The notes: generated by a model not told the origin, from the letters alone. A stretch of DNA of 64,000 bases from Cyanophyceae cyanobacterium (GCA_038321985.1 JBBQFN010000011.1:84751-148750); one strand, 5' to 3'. Numbered from the stretch's first letter, positions 18,852-28,658 are shown. A program made the numbers and translations.

Positions 18852-19580
18852 TTACCCTTTATCCGCCGTGGTAACAGCTTGTGCATTGCTAATTTTGCGC
18901 TGACGTTTCAAAAGCCATGCACTGACAAAACCGAGGGCGACTGCGGCTGAGGGTTCCGGAACGGGCTTAGCTTTAGTTACAGGGGTGTGAATCATCTGCA
19001 AATTGCTAAACCGTCCTTTCTCCGAGAAGGCGGCCTCCCCCTCACAAATCTGGGTTTTGCAGGCGCTCAAAGGCAGGCCCTCTGGGGCTGTGATGATAGC
19101 CTGAAAAATATTGCTGTAAATCGCGGGTATATCTGAGCTGAGGATTTGGATGAACAACGCCGGACCCTTGAAGTTGAAAGACTGAGTATTGGTCACAAAG
19201 GAACCTTCACCCCCAATTCCAAAAATAGAACGTCCAAAAGACTGCGAGCTGGGTCCAGTGTTGTCGGATCTTACTATTTTAAAATCCGTGACTACCTCGG
19301 GAATAACAGTTCCTACGGGTTCATAATAGCTATATCGATCAGTAAACAAGGTATCCAAGGGGGAAGAAACTACTGTATCGAAAAGGTCATCAGGTAGGGT
19401 ATAGTAAAATTCCCAATCGTTAAAATTATCAACGAATCCGTACTCAAAATCAGGAGAGTTGTAAATTGTGGCTTTAAAAGTTAACCCCACCGCTGGAGTT
19501 GCACTCAGCAGTCCGATTGAACTGAAAATCGCTACAGACAAGGCCAACAATCGGGGAGTAGTCAAGAATAGTTTTGCCAT
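18852..19580 (-). CDS. PEP-CTERM sorting domain surface protein (array copy 4)
   Basis: True start MAKLFLTTPR (ATG 19580, GAGG RBS) by homology to other copies; VPEPS + TM + KRQRK. Confidence 0.88.
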   Translation of the reverse strand: MAKLFLTTPRLLALSVAIFSSIGLLSATPAVGLTFKATIYNSPDFEYGFVDNFNDWEFYYTLPDDLFDTVVSSPLDTLFTDRYSYYEPVGTVIPEVVTDFKIVRSDNTGPSSQSFGRSIFGIGGEGSFVTNTQSFNFKGPALFIQILSSDIPAIYSNIFQAIITAPEGLPLSACKTQICEGEAAFSEKGRFSNLQMIHTPVTKAKPVPEPSAAVALGFVSAWLLKRQRKISNAQAVTTADKG

Positions 19581-19826
19581 AATATCGTCCTCTTGTTTAG
19601 TTAATCGATTTGCCCTTTTAGTCGGAGTATCTTGGGGTCTTTGGAATTTAGGAGGAAATTCGATGGAAATTGGCGATCGCCCGGTTCTAATTACCAATCA
19701 ATCCCCTGGTAGTCAAGTGCGTAAACAGCAGTTGGGTTGAGATTTTTAGGGGATCAATATACGCAAGATTTATGAAGGAGCGCCGATTAATAAGACTCAA
19801 CAAAGCGTTGCCGTTCACCGTTACCT

Positions 19827-19985
19827 TTACTCTTGATGAGCGATCGCAAAATTGTAAACGGATAGTCTTTCGGTGACATTTCAAAAGCCATGCACTGACA
19901 AAACCGAGGGCGACTGCCACTGAAGGTTCGGGAACCGAATGAAAACAGGCAACTATCGGGGAGGGTTCAGGAATAGTTTGGACAT
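19827..19985 (-). pseudogene. Collapsed fifth PEP-CTERM gene (signal-peptide start joined to sorting tail)
   Basis: GAGGACCTTTTT-ATG, MSKLFLNPPR then in-frame TAG, then out-of-frame SVPEPSVAVALGFVSAWLLKCHRK and the TAAAGGTAAC 3' end shared with copy 4. Confidence 0.8.
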
Positions 19986-20155
19986 AAAAAGGTCCTCGTA
20001 TTTAATTCTGCCACTCCCTCTTTTATGAACGAATCCCAATAAGGTCAGAAAATTAAATCTGTCAAATTCTATACGTTTATTTTATCCAGAAAATTCAGTT
20101 TTAACAGGAAAATATGTTAAAGGTTTGATGAAGATAATAAATGCCAATTAAGCGC

Positions 20156-20195
20156 AAAAAAACCGAAGGTTGAATTTAAACAACCCTCGGTTTTT
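20156..20195 (-). terminator. Intrinsic terminator of the WecB/TagA gene
   Basis: Minus strand AAAAACCGAGGGTTG-loop-CAACCTTCGG followed by a T run. Confidence 0.65.
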
Positions 20196-20252
20196 ATAAC
20201 ATTAAATGCCTGTAGAAACTTCTAGCGAGCGAGCCTGAAGTACCCGGTTCGA

Positions 20253-21431
20253 TTAAGAGGCGATCGCCGTCATGGATGGCTTGCGGTAGTTTTTCTCCCC
20301 ATTCAAAGATCGGGCTTGATGTTCATCCGTGACTGTATCCACAAACCAATCAATTGTTTCTTGCTTAACCCACCCTTTGAGAACGGCAATTTCTCCAAAC
20401 TTCATGCCTGTTTGATTTTGATAGTTTAAAATCCGGGTAATTTGGTCATCATTTAACAAGGCAGCTTTTTTGAGATACTGTCCTAATGGCTGCTGAGGAT
20501 GGGCTGTTGCTAATTTCGGTAACTGTTCAGCAAAAAAATCAACGGTTTCCGGTTTAACCCAGCCTCGGCGTGCGAGTAAGTCTCCAAACCGCAGATGCCT
20601 TTGATAGGCTTGCTCTTGCAAAATCTCTTCCACTTGTTCTGTGGAAATTAAACCAGCTCTTTTGAGTAACTGGCCGATGGGACTTTTGTATTGGTATAGA
20701 TTTAACTTCTGTTGAAAGACTAACCAGAAAAAGGGAAGATCTTCAATTAAATATCTCTTCCACAGACGTTTCGGTTCAGACATCAGGCGAAATGCCCACT
20801 CTACCCCGTATTTACTCATCCATTCTGGCGATCTCGGCCGGTTACCCGCTTCAAAATCAAGGGTTGCGCCAATTGCCATAAAGACTTTGATATTTGGCAA
20901 CTGATTTTTGTACTTGTAAATCCATTTTTCCTGTTTGGGTGCGCCCACTCCGACGGCTAAAACCGTGGCCCCAGATTGATTAACCATCTCAATAATCTTT
21001 TGGCATTCGGCCTCATTTTTCTCAAAGCCGTATGAGGGAGAGTAAGAGCCAATGACTATCTCGCGGCCTAATTTTGAATTAATCTTCTTTTGCGCTTCGT
21101 GTGCGACTCCCTCTGCTGCCCCTAACAGAAAAATTGTAGTATCTTCGTCATCCTTGAAATAGTTATAAAAAGCTGGGAAAAAGTCAGAACCGGAAATTTT
21201 TTCTCGGATGGGGTCACCTAACCAATTGGAAACCAGTTTTAAAATTTGACTATCACAAACTCGATAATCTGCTTCTTGATAAATATGATGAAACTCTGGA
21301 TCGTTTTGCAGTTTGATTAAATGATCGACGTTTGGGGTCACCACAACTCCTCCTTGTTTTTTGAGGAGAAGAAGCAATTCTTCTTGAGTTAAATTATCGA
21401 TGCTTACATTCAAGATTTTAATCTGGTTCAT
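20253..21431 (-). CDS. WecB/TagA/CpsF (GT26) glycosyltransferase with C-terminal tandem MshEN-like motifs
   Basis: 'TPNVDH', 'GSDF', 'GVGAPKQE', 'GATLDF', 'EWAFRL..EP.RLWKRY'; C-terminal (R/P/K)(L/I/F)GxxLxxxGxx repeats. Confidence 0.88.
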   Translation of the reverse strand: MNQIKILNVSIDNLTQEELLLLLKKQGGVVVTPNVDHLIKLQNDPEFHHIYQEADYRVCDSQILKLVSNWLGDPIREKISGSDFFPAFYNYFKDDEDTTIFLLGAAEGVAHEAQKKINSKLGREIVIGSYSPSYGFEKNEAECQKIIEMVNQSGATVLAVGVGAPKQEKWIYKYKNQLPNIKVFMAIGATLDFEAGNRPRSPEWMSKYGVEWAFRLMSEPKRLWKRYLIEDLPFFWLVFQQKLNLYQYKSPIGQLLKRAGLISTEQVEEILQEQAYQRHLRFGDLLARRGWVKPETVDFFAEQLPKLATAHPQQPLGQYLKKAALLNDDQITRILNYQNQTGMKFGEIAVLKGWVKQETIDWFVDTVTDEHQARSLNGEKNYRKPSMTAIAS

Positions 21432-22673
21432 GGAATTAGATTTTTTGCAATATAAAGAATGTGGACAATCTTCTGACTGACTTAATTTTTGACGGGTTCT
21501 CTAAAAATTTATTTCCCTTTTCCTCTGTCTGTACGTTAGCCCTCCTCTTACTCTTAGCTCTATAGACCGCAGCTAGGACCCAATTTAGGGGGACTGAATC
21601 ATCGGGACTGAAAGGGTAGAGGTAGCCGCCGTTTTTCCCTACAACCCTCTAACTTTTCACTCCGACTATCCAGGCCGATCGCCTGGAGAGGGACTCTGTG
21701 AGCTTGAAAGGCCGGTCTTTACTAGATTTATTCCGTAATGGCCGCACTTTCACTTCAGATTCAGAGTTAGATAAGAGGAGGTGAATTGAGGACATACCCT
21801 TCGTTTGTTATCACTCTAGTTTCTCCTGCTTGTAGCTAAAAAGGCATCCCTCTAGATGAATACACCTAGAAGGTGAGTGAGTGTCATTAAGTGCAAATTG
21901 TTGAGAATTATCATCCTATTGATATAAAATTTTTACATGAACTCTATAAAAGTTTTTTTGTCAACTATAAAAAAGTATAATTTTGTCGTTTTAGATATAA
22001 ATATCAAATAAATAGAAGACTATTAATTAGATTTAGTTATAATTACTGGTTCTTCCGAGTCTAGGCTCTTCACTCCGAGGAACTCACTTGATTAGGGAAT
22101 TTACTGAAACTCTGAGGCCGAGCGGTTATTTCTGATATTGTCTGCGATCGCAATGTCACTTCAACAATACTCAATTAGCCGGAGCTGATGAAGGGCTTCA
22201 TCTCTACAAGCGGGGGCAGGGCATCCATGTTGATGACAAAATATTTAAAATTTTAACCGATGTTGACAGTCCCTATTCAGGACAATTTTTACCTGGAGAA
22301 CCTTTAAAAAAACTCCTTTTAGAGCCAACTAACGCCAGGGAGGTTACGATTGAAAACCTCCGCGAGCCAAAGCCCCTCCAAGAGGGAAGCGATCGCCTCT
22401 TCCAGAAACGCAAGGGCTGCTGCTAATCCAATTAAGCCTAATTCGGGAGTCTTCCCCCTTCCCCCCCTGTCAGATCCCCGGAGAGTCCCCCTAATCACGA
22501 GGAAAGCCAGAGGAATAAATGTTGGATTCGCGGGGGGGTTGGGAGGATTTATGCAAGCGGTCTATATCTAGGATATTCTATGAATAGGACCGATCCCGTT
22601 CGTTGTGCCTTGCCGTGAAAGCACTAGGGGCGACGAGCTCACCGGAAATTCAGATAGGCAAAATAAGTCAACG

Positions 22674-23174
22674 ATGATAGATCCAAGCAAAGACGAAATT
22701 CTAGCAATTCTTTCGCAAATTGAGAACCTGCAACGGGAACGCAGTAACCTCGCCACTGATTTACTATCCTTAGAGGATGAATCCCCAGAAGAAATCGCGA
22801 AGGCTTACCGACAGCAGGCTAGAGAAACAGCGGCAGTAGCGGTAGAAGTGAAAGGAATTGACGATGCGATCGCCGCCCTGCAAAGAAAGCTCTCTCAAAA
22901 GCAGGTAGAGTTGAAGAAGTTGGATGGACGAAATCCCCTCGCCGCACAGGTTGAAGAATCCAGGAATTGCGCCCAGGTTCATGCCCAGCGCATTAACGAA
23001 CTTGCCAATGAACTCAGCGAAGAAGTCAAGGCGCTCAAGGCGATCGCCGACGAAATTTCTCCGAGTTATTGGCAAGTTTATTACAAGCCTTTTATTACCG
23101 GATTCACAAGTATTTCAGTTCCCCACGTTCGTTCCGACGGGGATGTCTGGATGATTATCAATCGCGTGGTGTGA
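22674..23174 (+). CDS. Hypothetical coiled-coil protein
   Basis: Heptad-rich ORF with aromatic C-terminal segment; likely start MIDPSK at 22674. Confidence 0.65.
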   Translation: MIDPSKDEILAILSQIENLQRERSNLATDLLSLEDESPEEIAKAYRQQARETAAVAVEVKGIDDAIAALQRKLSQKQVELKKLDGRNPLAAQVEESRNCAQVHAQRINELANELSEEVKALKAIADEISPSYWQVYYKPFITGFTSISVPHVRSDGDVWMIINRVV

Positions 23175-24012
23175 TCTAGGAAATCGAGTCGGTTACTTTC
23201 TGAGAATCACCCATACTGCATGAATAATTCCGGGAAAGTATCCCAAGAAAGTTAATAACACATTAATCCAAAAGTCTCGACCCATCCCAACTTGCAAAAA
23301 AACGCCAAGGGGCGGCAGAAAAATAGCACAAATCAGCCGAATAGGATCCATTTTTTACCTCTTCTGTTAAATACCATCTCAACGGACCTTGAACAATCAC
23401 CCGAGAAACGTTCTCGGGGTTGTGATCGTCCGACCCATTCCTAATTTTAACCTTTTTACAATGGATACTTCTGAGATAGAGCCCCTCACATGGAATTGGG
23501 TAATTCCTAGGGGAGTGGAAGGGTATAATCTCCCTTACCGGAGTCGGAAACTGCTGCAAGAGGCACTCTATCCGTGGGTAAGTCTAGTTTAACTGAGGCG
23601 ATCGCCCTGGTATGGCTACCCGGGGACAACAAACCCATCCACCGTTTCTGGACTCAGAGTCACAACTTTGATCACACCCAGAGCAAAACGATGGTAGGGT
23701 AGATCCGTTACGGTGACTCGACCCTCGCAAACAGAATCCCATGAATAGAGATCGTACAAGGGAGCATCCCAAGCTGAAAAAGAACGGGGCGTGTAAACAA
23801 ATTGCTCGTGGGAGTTTTCTTCCGGAGCATTTGCCTCTTACTCTGGCATTGCCTCAACGAGGTGGGCTTAGGAACAGTGAAACGATCCACGTTTGCGATC
23901 GAGGGACGAGAGGATGGGAGGGTCCGCGCCAGAGCGGTTTAGGATCCCATCGTTTCCATCAACGCGCCATGACATCTGTCATTTTGTTTTTAAAGTGTAG
24001 CTGAGGTAATCT

Positions 24013-24381
24013 ATGCTGGCACCCCGTGACCTGCAATATCTGTTTGATATTTTAATCTCGGCAAAACTCGCTTTGAACTACGTTTCTCGGAGTACCTGGT
24101 CCAGTTTTGTAGAAGATGTTCAATTGCAAGATTCAGTGATTCGGCGATTAGAGGTCATTGGAGAGGCAGAACGTCGCCTGTCCGAACGAACCCGAGTTTC
24201 TCTGTCCCGAATTCCTTTTATTTTGATGCGGAATAGAATCATCCATGAATATGATAAGATAGTATTAGAGGTTGTTTGGGATACGGTTCAACAAGATTTA
24301 CCGACCCTAATCGAATCATTGGAAAAGGTTTTGCCAGTGCAGGAAGAAGCGGAGGAGGAGGAGGAGCGCTCCTATTATTAA
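24013..24381 (+). CDS. HepT-like (DUF86/HEPN) ribonuclease toxin, orphan
   Basis: 'RD.QYL.DIL', 'QDSVIRRLEVIGEA', RX4HXY motif 'RNRIIHEY', 'VVWDTVQQDLP'; GAGG RBS. Confidence 0.82.
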   Translation: MLAPRDLQYLFDILISAKLALNYVSRSTWSSFVEDVQLQDSVIRRLEVIGEAERRLSERTRVSLSRIPFILMRNRIIHEYDKIVLEVVWDTVQQDLPTLIESLEKVLPVQEEAEEEEERSYY

Positions 24382-25014
24382 AGCTCGTCAATCGCCTCGG
24401 GCCGACTTGTCTCAAGCCAAGTGGCATTTTTAAGGGGGTTGAGGGGAGCAGTCATCACGTGAAAGCAAGAGGTTTAATAGAGTAGCTTCATCTCTTGTTT
24501 TTAACTCACTTAAATGGCACTTTTGTCTGATTCTTTCTGTTACTTAGCGTTCGGTGGAACGAGGAATAATAGCTCACGGGTTCACCGAAAGCAGAGGAAT
24601 TGGGCCGAGATCCGCCCTTTGCCGGTTTTCAGGCTCCCTCTCAGAGGCGATCGCTCTCCACCTAAGTACAGGCCCTCATCCCATCCCGGGGAAAGCAGTT
24701 CTTTCCCCTTGGATTATGCCGAATTCCTCACTAGAGTGAAAATCGGGAATTTCCCACCCCAAGCACAATCTGCAAGGGGCGATCGCTACACTAGATCCTT
24801 TGCCCTCTCGACCTTAACCAACTGCATAGCTATTTCCCGGCTCCGATACCCACCATCCCTGGCAGAAATGGTATAATTTTTTTGTAAATTCTCATCACCT
24901 TAAAGAAGTAACTCTCTCCCTTCACTCGGTAGCAACGATAACGAATCATCAGGGTTTCTGGGACCGAAAAGGGTCGCTTGCACTTGATCCCGTGTTAAAG
25001 AATGGAAAACTTAT

Positions 25015-26154
25015 ATGGATTCTAATCGGAAACTCAACTCGTATATTTGGCAGGTAGCGATGTTACCGTTGGGGGGGTTATTAATACTGCTAGGTTTACT
25101 TTATCTGAATACCGAAAAAGCCTATCAATCTTGGAACCCACTTCAGCCAATCCAGACCCCAGATTTAGATAGAAACGAACGGGAATTTACCCCTGCCGAA
25201 CCCCAACGGAGTGATCGAGAAACCAGAGAGATCCAAGCTGGATTTAGCAACTTGCGCCTTACGCTGATTCTCGGCGGTTTAATCGAACTGGGATTAATAT
25301 TTTATGCCTTATGGGCGATCGCCTCGGGAGTCAACCGTCGGTTTGAGGAAGTTGCCCAAGCCATCACGGAATCCTCCACCGATATTGCCACCACAATGAG
25401 CCAACAAGAACGGATTGCCAACGATCAGGCAGCGTCCGTTAATGAAACCACAACCACAATGGACGAATTGGGTGCTTCATCCCGACAATCTGCGGAACAA
25501 GCCGAAGCTGCTGCTGCGGATGCCCGGAATGCCTTAGGGTTAACAGAAGGCGGGAGTAAAGCTGTAGAGCGCACTTTAAGAGATATGTCCCTCTTAAAAG
25601 CAAAAGTCGGAGAAATTGCTGAACAAATTTTGCGCTTAAGCGAACAAACGTCTCAAATTCGCAATATCTCCGGACTCGTGAGTGACTTAGCCAATCAAAC
25701 GAATATGCTCGCTCTTAATGCTGCGGTAGAAGCAGTTCGTGCCGGAGAACAGGGGAAAGGATTTGCCGTTGTGGCTGCGGAAATTAGAAAACTCGCCGAC
25801 CAAAGTCAGCAATCTACTGAAAAGATTAATGGGCTAGTTTTAGACATTCAAACGGCTATTAATTCGACGGTAATCGTAACCGATCAAGGAAGCAAAACCG
25901 TCAATGCCAGTTTGCAAGTTGCCCAAGAAACCGCCGAAGCATTCGAGGGGGTGACCGACGCCATTAATAACATTACCTTAAGCACCCAACAAATCTCTTT
26001 GAGTGCCAAACAACAAGCGATCGCTATTCAGCAAGTCGTCCAAGCGATGAACTCCCTTAATACAGTCGCCGATCAAACAGCCCAAGGCATTAGTCAAGTT
26101 AAAACCGGCACCGAGCGACTCAACAGCGTGGCTAACAATTTAAAAACATTATAA
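25015..26154 (+). CDS. Methyl-accepting chemotaxis protein (short)
   Basis: Two TMs; hairpin tip '[35 protein letters not shown]'. Confidence 0.9.
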   Translation: MDSNRKLNSYIWQVAMLPLGGLLILLGLLYLNTEKAYQSWNPLQPIQTPDLDRNEREFTPAEPQRSDRETREIQAGFSNLRLTLILGGLIELGLIFYALWAIASGVNRRFEEVAQAITESSTDIATTMSQQERIANDQAASVNETTTTMDELGASSRQSAEQAEAAAADARNALGLTEGGSKAVERTLRDMSLLKAKVGEIAEQILRLSEQTSQIRNISGLVSDLANQTNMLALNAAVEAVRAGEQGKGFAVVAAEIRKLADQSQQSTEKINGLVLDIQTAINSTVIVTDQGSKTVNASLQVAQETAEAFEGVTDAINNITLSTQQISLSAKQQAIAIQQVVQAMNSLNTVADQTAQGISQVKTGTERLNSVANNLKTL

Positions 26155-26236
26155 AGACCGATATTCAAATTAGCGCGCGCCCCGTGGTCTTCTTATCGCC
26201 GCACCCTTGAATGGGTTGGTTTTGGGGGATTTAGGA

Positions 26237-26593
26237 TCAGCCGCCACTGATTTTGGCAGGGTAACCCAAACCTGTCAAAATTTCTAGGACTTTTTGTTTA
26301 CAATCCCCTTGCATTTCTATCATATTCTCCTTAACTGTTCCCCCGGTTCCGCACTGACTTTTAAGCTGCTTTGCCAAGTCGGTTAAGGTTTCTGGTTTCA
26401 ATTGAAAGCCAGTAATTTCAGTAACTGTTTTACCCTTGCGCCCTTTGCGAGATGCCTGAACCCGAATCTTTTGCTGAGAAGGCGGCAGTTCCGGAACTGC
26501 ACGTTCTGTGGCGGGGTTAGGTTTGCTACCTGTCCCAAATTCTTGATAAGCGATGCGATTGTCCCGGCCAGATTTCTTTTTGGAAGCGTCCAT
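26237..26593 (-). CDS. yciH: SUI1/YciH-family translation initiation factor
   Basis: 'RKGRKGKTVT', 'LKSQCGTGGTVK', 'IEMQGD', terminal 'SGG'; likely start MDASKK. Confidence 0.88.
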   Translation of the reverse strand: MDASKKKSGRDNRIAYQEFGTGSKPNPATERAVPELPPSQQKIRVQASRKGRKGKTVTEITGFQLKPETLTDLAKQLKSQCGTGGTVKENMIEMQGDCKQKVLEILTGLGYPAKISGG

Positions 26594-26738
26594 AAACAGC
26601 ATCAAATAGCATGAAACAGCGATTAACTGTAGTTTAAACTCCAGGCACTCAGGAAACAAAATAGCCGACTCCTGGAGAACACCGGAATTACCGAGTCTAC
26701 TCGTATAATAGAAGATTGTTTCACTTATCGCGATCGCC

Positions 26739-27983
26739 GTGACTACAACACCTAGACCGACAACCCCAACCTCCCAACCTCAACAACCCGATACCTTTGG
26801 ACGCTTCGGACGCTTTGGCGGCAAATATGTCCCTGAAACCCTCATGCCTGCCTTAGCCGAACTTGAAACGGCTTATCAGCAATATCGTAACGATTCAGAA
26901 TTTCAAGCCGAACTCGACTTGCTGCTGCATGATTATGTCGGACGTCCTAGCCCGCTCTATTTCGCCGAACGCCTGACCCAACATTATGCTAGACCCGACG
27001 GCACCGGCGCACAAATTTATTTGAAACGGGAGGACCTCAACCATACAGGTGCTCATAAAATTAACAATGCGATCGCCCAAGCTCTTCTCGCCAAACGCAT
27101 GGGTAAACAGCGGATTATCGCCGAAACTGGCGCGGGCCAACATGGCGTCGCCACGGCCACGGTTTGCGCCCGCTTTGGCTTAGAATGCGTGATTTATATG
27201 GGGGTTCAGGATATGGAACGTCAGTCCCTGAACGTCTTTAGAATGCGCCTGATGGGGGCCGAAGTCCGACCCGTGGCTGCGGGTACCGGCACTCTCAAAG
27301 ATGCCACCTCGGAAGCCATTCGTGACTGGGTAACCAATGTAGAAACCACCCACTACATCCTCGGTTCCGTGGCCGGACCCCACCCCTACCCGATGATGGT
27401 GCGTGACTTCCATGCTGTGATCGGACAGGAAACCCGCGCCCAATGCCTGGAAAAATGGGGGGGTTTGCCGGATATTCTCCTCGCCTGTGTTGGGGGCGGT
27501 TCCAACGCGATGGGACTCTTCCACGAATTCGTTAATGAATCCCAAATTCGGTTAATCGGTGTAGAAGCCGCAGGAGAAGGGGTTGATACCGATAAACACG
27601 CCGCGACCCTCACTCACGGCCAAATCGGGGTTTTGCATGGGGCGATGAGCTATTTATTGCAAGATGACGAGGGCCAAGTGATTGAGGCCCACTCGATTAG
27701 TGCAGGGTTGGATTATCCCGGTGTTGGACCTGAACATAGTTATTTGAAAGACCTCGGACGGGCGGAATATTACAGCATTACCGACAAAGAAGCGTTAGAT
27801 GCCTTTCAGCGGTTATCTCAATTAGAGGGAATTATTCCGGCTTTGGAAACCTCCCATGCGATCGCTTATTTAGAAACCCTCTGTACTCAAGTCGAGGGTA
27901 GCCCTCGCATTGTAATTAATTGTTCAGGCCGGGGTGACAAAGACGTACAAACAGTGGCGAAACATCTTCTCCCCAATTCCTAA
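26739..27983 (+). CDS. trpB: Tryptophan synthase beta chain
   Basis: '[16 protein letters not shown]', 'AETGAGQHG', 'GGGSN', 'SGRGDKD'. Confidence 0.98.
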   Translation: MTTTPRPTTPTSQPQQPDTFGRFGRFGGKYVPETLMPALAELETAYQQYRNDSEFQAELDLLLHDYVGRPSPLYFAERLTQHYARPDGTGAQIYLKREDLNHTGAHKINNAIAQALLAKRMGKQRIIAETGAGQHGVATATVCARFGLECVIYMGVQDMERQSLNVFRMRLMGAEVRPVAAGTGTLKDATSEAIRDWVTNVETTHYILGSVAGPHPYPMMVRDFHAVIGQETRAQCLEKWGGLPDILLACVGGGSNAMGLFHEFVNESQIRLIGVEAAGEGVDTDKHAATLTHGQIGVLHGAMSYLLQDDEGQVIEAHSISAGLDYPGVGPEHSYLKDLGRAEYYSITDKEALDAFQRLSQLEGIIPALETSHAIAYLETLCTQVEGSPRIVINCSGRGDKDVQTVAKHLLPNS

Positions 27984-27996
27984 CGTTATCAAAAAC

Positions 27997-28548
27997 ATGA
28001 AACTCGGATTTCTACTGGCAAAACTGGCACTACTTGCAATGGCTACTGCGTTGAGTGGTTGCCAGTTTTCTGCCTACTTAGAAACCGGATTAGAAAATGC
28101 GGGAATTTCGTTGAGTCCCAAACCGACGACTCCTCTTCCTCAAAATCCGGATTCTGAATTCAGCCAGATGGAACAACGGGTTCACGAACAGGTGAATCAG
28201 TATCGGCAGGCACAAAACCTCCCGCCCCTCACCCTCGATGAACGGATCAGCACCTACGCCAGAAAACATAGCGAAGCGATGGCCCAGGGTGATATGACCT
28301 TTAGTCATGATGGGTTTGAGGATAGAATCAAGGCGATCGGTCAATCCCTTTCCTATCGCAGGGCCGGTGAAAATTTAGCGTATAACATGGGCTATCGCGA
28401 CCCGGTTACCCAAGCCGTAGAGGGGTGGATCGGCAGTCCCGGTCATCAGAAGAATATGGTAGGGACTTACGATTTGACCGGCATCGGGGTTGCGAAGAAT
28501 GCCAAGGGTGAGTATTATTACAGCCAAATTTTTATCAAGGGTCGGTAA
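27997..28548 (+). CDS. CAP/SCP-domain lipoprotein
   Basis: Lipobox LSGC; 'HS..M', 'FSHDG', 'GENLA', 'W..SPGH..N', 'GIGVA'. Confidence 0.85.
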   Translation: MKLGFLLAKLALLAMATALSGCQFSAYLETGLENAGISLSPKPTTPLPQNPDSEFSQMEQRVHEQVNQYRQAQNLPPLTLDERISTYARKHSEAMAQGDMTFSHDGFEDRIKAIGQSLSYRRAGENLAYNMGYRDPVTQAVEGWIGSPGHQKNMVGTYDLTGIGVAKNAKGEYYYSQIFIKGR

Positions 28549-28554
28549 GGTTCG

Positions 28555-28585
28555 GGTCTCCCAATCAGGAAGAGATTGGGAGACC
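28555..28585 (+). terminator. Hairpin downstream of CAP gene
   Basis: GGTCTCCCAATC / GATTGGGAGACC 12-bp stem. Confidence 0.5.
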
Positions 28586-28658
28586 TTAACCCTTTGATCG
28601 GGCTGGTCTTTGGTAAATTGGGGGTTGGATTCACCGAGATCAGGATGATAGGTAGTTT

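Noticed and set aside
19687..19920. 77-aa ORF as an intact gene
   Set aside because: It is the out-of-frame tail of the collapsed PEP-CTERM pseudogene reading on into the spacer
16360..19985. Integron or diversity-generating retroelement behind the PEP-CTERM array
   Set aside because: No integrase or reverse transcriptase in the window, no TR/VR pair differing only at adenines, and the loops vary in length; kept only as an untested hypothesis for the spacers
23741..24004. 87-aa ORF as the MNT antitoxin of hepT
   Set aside because: No GS...DxD nucleotidyltransferase motif in any forward frame
24514..24876. 120-aa ORF between hepT and the MCP
   Set aside because: No recognisable motifs or RBS and atypical composition; probably spurious
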